The notes under the pieces: generated by a model
Told to the model about the DNA's origin: nothing
The model's input: the letters and a program-made list of their open reading frames with translations, nothing else
Database searches by the model: none
Assembly: GCA_964016885.1 (NCBI GenBank)
Contig: OZ024740.1
Coordinates: forward strand, 6,820,001 to 6,884,000
Origin: Eledone cirrhosa
Taxonomy: Eukaryota
DNA: 64,000 nt
Direction of reading: 5' to 3'
Shown: positions 54,961 through 64,000 of the stretch, piece after piece
How positions within the stretch are numbered: the stretch's first letter is position 1
How the letters are laid out: the number at the start of each line of letters is the position of its first letter
Translations under genes and position numbers: made by a program

Positions 54961-56399
54961 ACGCCAAAATACTCAGATCCTAAGGCTGTATTTGTGAGCG
55001 ACATTACCCCAAAATACTCAGATCCTAAGGCTGTATTTGTGAGAGACAATACCCCAAAATACTCAGATCCTAAGGCTGTATTTGTGAGAGACAATACCCC
55101 AAAATACTCAGATCCTAAGGCAGTATTTGTGAGAGACAATAACCCAAAATACTCAGATCCTAAGGCAGTGTTTGTGAGGGACATTACTCAAAAATACTCA
55201 GATCCTAAGGCAGTGTTTGTGAGAGACATTACATCAAAATACTCAGATCCTAAGGCAGTGTTTGTGAGAGATATTACCCCAAAATACTCAGATCCTAAGG
55301 CAGTGTTTGTGAGAGATATTACCCCAAAATACTCAGATCCTAAGGCAGTGTTTGTGACAGACATTACCCCAAAATACTCAGATCCTAAGGCAGTATTTGT
55401 GAGAGACATTACCCCAAAATACTCAGATCCTAAGGCTGTATTTGTGAGCGACATTACCCCAAAATACTCAGATCCTAAGGCAGTATTTGTGAGAGACAAT
55501 ACCCCAAAATACTCAGATCCTAAGGCTGTATTTGTGAGAGACAATACCCCAAAATACTCAGATCCTAAGGCAGTATTTGTGAGAGACAATAACCCAAAAT
55601 ACTCAGATCCTAAGGCAGTATTTGGGAGAGACATTACCCCCAAAATACTCAGATCCTAAGGCTATATTTGTGAGAGACATTACCCCAAAATACTCAGATC
55701 CTAAGGCAGTGTTTGTGAGAGACATTACCGCAAAATACTCAGATCCTAAGGCATCGTTTGTGAGAGACATTACCCCAAAATACTCAGATCCTAAGGCTGT
55801 GTTTGTGACAGACATTACCCCAAAATAGACAGATCCTAAGGTAGTATTTGTGAGAGACATTACCCCAAAATACTCAGATCCTAAGGCAGTGTTTGTGAGG
55901 GACATTACTCAAAAATACTCAGATCCTAAGGCAGTGTTTGTGAGAGACATTACATCAAAATACTCAGATCCTAAGGCAGTGTTTGTGAGAGATATTACCC
56001 CAAAATACTCAGATCCTAAGGCAGTGTTTGTGAGAGATATTACCCCAAAATACTCAGATCCTAAGGCAGTGTTTGTGACAGACATTACCCCAAAATACAC
56101 AGATCCTAAGGCAGTATTTGTGAGAGACATTACCCCAAAATATTCAGATCCTAAGGCAGTGTTTGTGAGGGACATTACCCCAAATTACTCAGATCCTAAG
56201 GCAGTATTTGTGAGAGACATTACCCCAAAATACTCAGATCCTAAGGCAGTATTTGTGAGAGACATTACCCCAAAATACTGAGATCCTAAGGCTGTATTTG
56301 TGAGAGACATTACACCAAAATACTCAGATCCTAAGGCTGTATTTGTGAGAGACATTACCCCAAAATACTCAGATCCTAAGGCAGTATTTGTGAGAGACA

Positions 56400-59300
56400 T
56401 TACCCCAAAATACTCAGACCCTAAGGCAGTATTTGTGAGAGACATTACCCCAAAATACTGAGATCCTAAGGCAGTGTTTGTGAGAGAAATTACCCCCAAC
56501 ATACTCAGATCCTAAGGCTGTATTTGTGAGAGACATTACCCCAAAATACTCAGATCCTAAGGCTGTATTTGTGAGAGACATTACCCCAAAATACTCAGAT
56601 CCTAAGGCTGTATTTGTGAGAGACAATAACCAAAAATACTCAGATCCTAAGGCAGTATTTGTGAGAGACATTACCCCAAAATGCTGAGATACTAAGGCTG
56701 TATTTGTGAGAGACATTACCACAAAATACTCAGATCCTAAGGCAGTATTTGTGAGAGACATTACGCCAAAATACTGAGCTCCTAAGGCTGTGTTTGTGAG
56801 AGACATTACCCCAAAATACTGAGATCCTAAGGCAGTATTTGTGAGAGACGTTACCCCAAAATACTCAGATCCTAAGGCAGTGTTTGTGAGAGACATTACG
56901 CCAAAATACTCAGATCCTAAGGCTGTGTTTGTGACAGACATTACCCCAATATACTCAGATCCTAAGAGAGTGTTTGTGAGAGACATTACCCCAAAATACT
57001 CAGATCCTAAGGCAGTATTTGTGAGAGACATTACCCCAAAATACTGAGATCCTAAGGCAGTATTTGTGAGAGACATTACCCCAAAATACTCAGATCCTAA
57101 GCCAGTATTTGTGAGAGACATTACCCCCAAAATACTCAGATCCTAAGGCTGTATTTGTGAGAGACATTACCCCAAAATACTGAGATCCTAAGGCTGTATT
57201 TGTGAGAGACATTACCCCAGAATACTCAGATCCTAAGGCAGTAATTGTGAGAGACATTACACCAAAATACTCAGATCCTAAGGCTGTATTTGTGAGAGAC
57301 ATTACCCCAAAATACTCAGATCCTAAGGCAGTATTTGTGAGAGACATTACCCCAAAATACTAAGATCCTAAGGCAGTATTTGTGAGAGACATTACCCCAA
57401 AATACTCAGATCCTAAGGCTGTATTTGTGAGAGACATTACCCCAAAATACTCAGATCCTAAGGCAGTATTTGTGAGAGACATTACCCCAAAATACTCAGA
57501 CCCTAAGGCAGTATTTGTGAGAGACATTACCCCAAAATACTGAGATCCTAAGGCAGTGTTTGTGAGAGACATTACCCCCAACATACTCAGATCCTAAGGC
57601 TGTATTTGTGAGAGACATTACCCCAAAATACTGAGATCCTAAGGCTGTATTTGTGAGAGACAATAACCAAAAATACGCAGATCCTAAGGCAGTATTTGTG
57701 AGAGACATTACCCCAAAATACTGAGATCCTAAGGCTGTATTTGTGAGAGACATTACCCCAAAATACTCAGATCTTAAGGCAGTATTTGTGAGAGACATTA
57801 CGCCAAAATACTGAGCTCCTAAGGCTGTGTTTGTGAGAGACATTACCCCAAAATACTGAGATCCTAAGGCTGAGTTTGTTAGAGACATTACCCCAAAATA
57901 CTGAGATCCTAAGGCAGTATTTGTGAGAGACATTACCCCAAAATACTCAGATCCTAAGGCAGTGTTTGTGAGAGACATTACGCCAAAATACTCAGATCCT
58001 AAAGGCTGTGTTTGTGACAGACATTACCCAAATATACTCATATCCTAAGAGAGTGTTTGTGAGAGACATTACCCCAAAATACTCAGATCCTAAGGCTGTA
58101 TTTGTGAGAGACATTACCCCAAAATACTGAGATTCTAAGGCTGTATTTTTGAGAGACATTACCCCAAAATACTCAGATCCTCAGGCTGTATTTGTAGGAG
58201 ACATTACCCCAAAATACTCAGATCCTAAGGTAGTGTTTGTGAGAGACATTATCCCAAAATACTCAGATCCTAAGGCTGTATTTGTGAGACACATTACCCC
58301 AAAATACTCAGATCCTAAGGCAGTATTTGTGAGAGACATTACCCCAAAATACTCAGATCCTAAGGCTGTATTTGTGAGAGACATTACCCCAAAATACTGA
58401 GATCCTAAGGCAGTGTTTGTGAGAGACATTACGCCAAAATACTCAGATCCTAAGGCTGTATTTGTGAGCGACATTACCCCCAAAATACTCAGATCCTAAG
58501 GCAGTATTTGTGAGAGACAATACCCCAAAATACTCAGATCCTAAGGCAGTATTTGGGAGAGACATTACCCCCAAAATACTCAGATCCTAAGGCTGTATTT
58601 GTGAGAGACAATACCCCAAAATACTCAGATCCTAAGGCTGTATTTGTGAGAGACAATACCCCAAAATACTCAGATCCTAAGGCAGTATTTGTGAGAGACA
58701 ATAACCCAAAATACTCAGATCCTAAGGCAGTATTTGGGAGAGACATTACCCCCAAAATACTCAGATCCTAAGGCTGTATTTGTGAGAGACAATAACCAAA
58801 AATACTCAGATCCTAAGGCAGTATTTGTGAGAGACATTACCCCAAAATACTGAGATCCTAAGGCTGTATTTGTGAGAGACATTACCCCAAAATACTCAGA
58901 TCCTAAGGCAGTATTTGTGAGAGACATTACGCCAAAATACTGAGCTCCTAAGGCTGTGTTTGTGAGAGACATTACCCCAAAATACTGAGATCCTAAGGCT
59001 GAGTTTGTTAGAGACATTACCCCAAAATACTGAGATCCTAAGGCAGTATTTGTGAGAGACATTACCCCAAAATACTCAGATCCTAAGGCAGTGTTTGTGA
59101 GAGACATTACGCCAAAATACTCAGATCCTAAGGCTGTGTTTGTGACAGACATTACCCCAATATACTCAGATCCTAAGAGAGTGTTTGTGAGAGACATTAC
59201 CCCAAAATACTCAGATCCTAAGGCAGTATTTGTGAGAGACATTACCCCAAAATACTGAGATCCTAAGGCAGTATTAGTGAGAGACATTACCCCAAAATAC

Positions 59301-62300
59301 TCAGATCCTAAGGCTGTATTTGTGAGAGACATTACCCCAAAATACTCAGATCCTAAGGCTGTATTTGTGAGAGACATTACCCCAAAATACTCAGATCCTA
59401 AGGCAGTATTTGTGAGAGACATTACCCCAAAATACTAAGATCCTAAGGCTGTATTTGTGAGAGACATTACTCCAAAATACTCAGATCCTAAGGCAGTATT
59501 TGTGAGAGACATTACCCCAAAATACTAAGATCCTAAGGCAGTATTTGTGAGAGACATTACCCCAAAATACTCAGATCCTAAGGCTGTATTTGTGAGAGAC
59601 ATTACCCCAAAATACTCAGATACTAAGGCAGTATTTGTGAGAGACATTACCCCAAAATACTCAGACCCTAAGGCAGTATTTGTGAGAGACATTACCCCAA
59701 AATACTGAGATCCTAAGGCAGTGTTTGTGAGAGACATTACCCCCAACATACTCAGATCCTAAGGCTGTATTTGTGAGAGACATTACCCCAAAATACTCAG
59801 ATCCTAAGGCTGTATTTGTGAGAGACATTACCCCAAAATACTCAGATCCTAAGGCTGTATTTGTGAGAGACAATAACCAAAAATACTCAGATCCTAAGGC
59901 AGTATTTGTGAGAGACATTACCCCAAAATACTCAGATCCTAAGGCAGTTTTTGTGAGAGACATTACGCCAAAATACTGAGCTCCTAAGGCTGTGTTTGTG
60001 AGAGACATTACCCCAAAATACTGAGATCCTAAGGCTGAGTTTGTTAGAGACATTACCCCAAAATACTGTGATCCTAAGGCAGTATTTGTGAGAGACATTA
60101 CCCCAAAATACTCAGATCCTAAGGCAGTGTTTGTGAGAGACATTACGCCAAAATACTCAGATCCTAAGGCTGTGTTTGTGACAGACATTACCCCAATATA
60201 TTCAGATCCTAAGAGAGTGTTTGTGAGAGACATTACCCCAAAATACTCAGATCCTAAGGCTGTATTTGTGAGAGACATTACCCCAAAATACTGAGATTCT
60301 AAGGCTGTATTTTTGAGAGACATTACCCCAAAATACTCAGATCCTAAGGTAGTGTTTGTGAGAGACATTATCCCAAAATACTCAGATCCTCAGGCTGTAT
60401 TTGTGGGAGACATTACCCCAAAATACTCAGATCCTAAGGTAGTGTTTGTGAGAGACATTATCCCAAAATACTCAGATCCTAAGGCTATATTTGTGCGAGA
60501 CATTACCCCAAAATACTCAGATCCTAAGGCAGTATTTGTGAGAGACATTACCCCAAAATACTCAGATCCTAAGGCTGTATTTGTGAGAGACATTACCCCA
60601 AAATACTGAGATCCTAAGGCAGTGTTTGTGAGAGACATTACGCCAAAATACTCAGATCCTAAGGCTGTACTTGTGAGAGACATTACCCCAAAATACTCAG
60701 ATCCTAAGGCAGTGTTTGTGAGGGACATTACCCAAAAATACTCAGATCCTAAGGCAGTATTTGTGAGAGACATTACCCCAAAATACTCAGATCCCAAGGC
60801 AGTGTTTGTGAGAGACATTACCCCAAAATACTCAGATCCTAAGGCTGTGTTTGTGAGAGATATTACCCCAAAATACTCAGATCCTAAGGCAGTGTTTGTG
60901 AGAGACATTACACCAAAATACTCAGATCCTAAGGCAGTGTTTGTGAGAGATATTACCCCAAAATACTCAGATCCTAAGGCAGTGTTTGTGACAGACATTA
61001 CCCCAAAATACACAGATACTAAGGCAGTATTTGTGAGAGACATTACCCCAAAATACTCAGATCAGATCCTAAGGCAGTATTTGTGAGGGACATTACCCCA
61101 AAATACTCAGATCCTAAGGCAGTATTTGTGAGAGACATTACCCCAAAATACTCAGATCCCAAGGCAGTGTTTGTGAGAGACATTACCCCAAAATACTCAG
61201 ATCCTAAGGCTGTGTTTGTGAGAGATATTACCCCAAAATACTCAGATCCTAAGGCAGTGTTTGTGAGAGACATTACACCAAAATACTCAGATCCTAAGGC
61301 AGTTTTTGTGAGAGATATTACCCCAAAATACTCAGATCCTAAGGCAGTGTTTGTGAGAGATATTACCCCCGAAATACTCAGATCCTAAGGCAGTGTTTGT
61401 GAGAGATATTACCCCAAAATCCTCAGATCCTAAGGCAGTATTTGTGAGAGACATTACCCCAAAATATTCAGATCCTAAGGCTGTATTTGTGAGAGACATT
61501 ACCCCAAAATACTGAGTTCCTAAGGCAGTATTTGTGAGAGACATTACCCCAAAATACTCAGATCCTCAGGCTGTATTTGTGAGAGACATTACCCCAAAAT
61601 ACTCAGATTCTAAGGCTGTATTTTTGAGAGACATTACCCCAAAATACTCAGATCCTCAGGCTGTATTTGTGTGAGACATCACCCCAAAATACTCAGATCC
61701 TAAGGTAGTGTTTGTGAGAGACATTATCCCAAAATACTCAGATTCTAAGGCTGTATTTTTGAGAGACATTACCCCAAAATACTCAGATCCTCAGGCTGTA
61801 TTTGTGGGAGACATCACCCCAAAATACTCAGATTCTAAGGTAGTGTTTGTGAGAGACATTATCCCAAAATACTCAGATCCTAAGGCTGTATTTTTGAGAG
61901 ACATTACCCCAAAATACTCAGATCGTAAGGCTGTATTTTTGAGAGACATTAACCCAAAATTCTCAGATCCTAAGGCAGTGTTTGTGAGAGACATTACCCC
62001 AAAATACGCAGATCCTAAGGCAGTATTTGTGAGAGACATTACCCCCAAAATGCTCAGATCCTAAGGCAGTGTTTGTGAGAGACATTACCCCAAAATACTC
62101 AGATCCTAAGGCAGTGTTTGTGAGAGACATTACCCCAAAATACTCAGATCCTAAGGCAGTGTTTGTGAGATACATTACCCCAAAATACTCAGATTCTAAG
62201 GCAGTGTTTGTGAGACTATTACCCCAAAATACTCAGATACTAAGTCAGTTTTTGTGAGAGATATTACCCCAAAATACTCAGATCATAAGGCAGTGTTTGT

Positions 62301-63700
62301 GAGATACATTACCGCAAAATACTCAGATCGTAAGGCAGTGTTTGTGAGAGATATTACCCCAAAATACTCAGATCCTAAGGCATCGTTTGTGAGAGACATT
62401 ACCCCAAAATACTCAGATCCTAAGGCTGTATTTGTGAGAGACATTACCCCAGAATACTCAGATCCTAAGGCAGTAATTGTGAGAGACATTACACCAAAAT
62501 ACTCAGATCCTAAGGCTGTATTTGTGAGAGACATTACCCCAAAATACTCAGATCCTAAGGCAGTATTTGTGAGAGACATTACCCCAAAATACTAAGATCC
62601 TAAGGCAGTATTTGTGAGAGACATTACCTTAAAATACTCAGATCCTAAGGCTGTATTTGTGAGAGACATTACCCCAAAATACTCAGATCCTAAGGCAGTA
62701 TTTTGAGAGACATTACCCCAAAATACTCAGACCCTAAGGCAGTATTTATGAGAGACATTACCCCAAAATACTGAGATCCTAAGGCAGTGTTTGTGAGAGA
62801 CATTACCCCCAACATACTCAGATCCTAAGGCTGTATTTGTGAGAGACATTACCCCAAAATACTCAGATCCTAAGGCTGTATTTGTGAGAGACAATAACCA
62901 AAAATACTCAGATCCTAAAGCAGTATTTGTGAGAGACATTACCCCAAAATACTCAGATCCTAAGGCTGTATTTGTGAGAGACAATAACCAAAAATACTCA
63001 GATCCTAAGGCAGTATTTGTGAGAGACATTACCCCAAAATACTCAGATACTAAGGCAGTATTTGTGAGAGACATTACGCCAAAATACTGAGCTCCTAAGG
63101 CTGTGTTTGTGAGAGACATTACCCCAAAATACTGAGATCCTAAGGCTGAGTTTGTTAGAGACATTACCCCAAAATACTGAGATCCTAAGGCAGTATTTGT
63201 GAGAGACATTACCCCAAAATACTCAGATCCTAAGGCAGTGTTTGTGAGAGACATTACGCCAAAATACTCAGATCCTAAGGCTGTGTTTGTGACAGACATT
63301 ACCCCAATATACTCAGATCCTAAGATAGTGTTTGTGAGAGACATTACCCCAAAATACTCAGATCCTAAGGCTGTATTTGTGAGAGGCATTACCCCAAAAT
63401 ACTGAGATTCTAAGGCTGTATTTTTGAGAGACATTACCCCAAAATACTCAGATCCTAAGGTAGTGTTTGTGAGAGACATTATCCCAAAATACTCAGATCC
63501 TCAGGCTGTATTTGTGGGAGACATTACCCCAAAATACTCAGATCCTAAGGTAGTGTTTGTGAGAGACATTATCCCAAAATACTCAGATCCTAAGGCTGTA
63601 TTTGTGCGAGACATTACCCAAAAATACTCAGATCCTAAGGCAGTATTTGTGAGAGACATTACGCCAAAATACTCAGATCCCAAGGCAGTGTTTGTGAGAG
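56400..63700. repeat. Local higher-order cassette of about 1.0-1.1 kb marked by TGAGCTCC (SacI site), plus a block duplication with 3066-3111 bp offset (about 59.5-60.6 kb vs 62.6-63.7 kb)
   Basis: GAGCTC occurs at 56776, 57813, 58942, 59978 and 63089, each near AATAACCAAAAA, GTGACAGAC..AATATA and AAGA(G/T)AGTG monomers. ORF pairs are 59661/62727 (offset 3066), 60088/63199 and 60313/63424 (offset 3111). Confidence 0.82.
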
Positions 63701-64000
63701 ACATTACCCCAAAATACTCAGATCCTAAGGCTGTGTTTGTGAGAGATATTACCCCAAAATACTCAGATCCTAAGGCAGTGTTTGTGAGAGACATTACACC
63801 AAAATACTCAGATCCTAAGGCTGTATTTGTGAGAGACAATACCCCAAAATACTCAGATCCTAAGGCTGTATTTGTGAGAGACAATACCCCAAAATACTCA
63901 GATCCTAAGGCAGTATTTGTGAGAGACAATAACCCAAAATACTCAGATCCTAAGGTAGTATTTGGGAGAGACATTACCCCCAAAATACTCAGATCCTAAG

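Larger units (their letters stand above)
1..64000. repeat. 45-bp tandem satellite DNA array, about 1,420 head-to-tail monomers, consensus GATCCTAAGGCWGTRTTTGTGAGAGACATTACCCCAAAATACTSA; extends beyond both window ends
   Basis: The same 45-mer recurs throughout (GATCCTAAGG every 45 bp), and all ORF translations are 15-aa repeats. Monomers typically differ from the consensus at only a few positions, with occasional 1-5 bp indels. No non-repeat sequence was seen. Confidence 0.99.

Noticed and set aside
26-63999. Several hundred ORFs on both strands encoding 15-aa repeats, suggesting a giant repetitive protein
   Set aside because: They are an automatic product of a 45-bp unit with two stop-free frames. 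There is no unique N- or C-terminal domain, stops are frequent (TGA/TAA on +, TGA/TAG on -), and frameshifts are faithfully copied in duplicated blocks.
1-64000. CRISPR array (a partly palindromic repeat of similar size)
   Set aside because: Monomers abut directly with no unique spacers, and there is no leader or cas gene.
1-64000. TGA reassignment (Cys as in Euplotes, Trp, or Sec) making the + frame one long ORF
   Set aside because: TAA variants at the same codon and many uncompensated +1, +2, -1, +4 and +5 indels would still break the frame.
1-64000. G-quadruplex or i-motif from the G4/C4 runs
   Set aside because: There is only one run per 45 bp, giving loops of about 41 nt, too long for a canonical intramolecular structure.
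1-64000. Bacterial iteron or Dam-regulated (GATC) array
   Set aside because: GATC every 45 bp is simply part of the monomer. There is no rep gene or any other gene context, and a 64-kb gene-free array with higher-order structure fits eukaryotic satellite DNA far better.
1-64000. Phased A-tract curved DNA, as in avian 41-42 bp CNM-type repeats
   Set aside because: There is only one A4 and one T3 tract per unit, and 45 bp is about 4.3 helical turns, so the tracts are out of phase. I could not support homology to those families.

Overview
The whole 64-kb window is one uninterrupted head-to-tail tandem array of a 45-bp satellite, about 1,420 monomers (64,000/45), all in one orientation and running off both ends. 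The consensus is GATCCTAAGGC(T/A)GT(A/G)TTTGTGAGAGACATTACCCCAAAATACT(C/G)A, about 40% GC with no CpG. I see no unique sequence, gene, RNA gene, transposon, inversion or CRISPR spacer. Every ORF in the track arises because 45 is divisible by 3 and the consensus has two stop-free frames (+ DPKAVFVRDITPKYS, - MSLTNTALGSEYFGV), and both frames are repeatedly broken by stops and indels. The information lies in the variant monomers, which reveal a hierarchy: a 4-monomer (180-bp) sub-period, an ordered higher-order cycle of about 49 monomers (about 2.2 kb), recent tandem block duplications of 0.7-4.1 kb, and regional layers of private variants. Each monomer junction carries a small dyad (AAATAC(TG)...(CA)GTATTT around CCTAAGG) and the telomere-like words CCCCAAAA and CCTAA. 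This looks like eukaryotic heterochromatic satellite DNA (centromeric, pericentromeric or subtelomeric). I cannot assign the organism or a named family from the sequence, and I found no positive evidence of a new protein-coding system.
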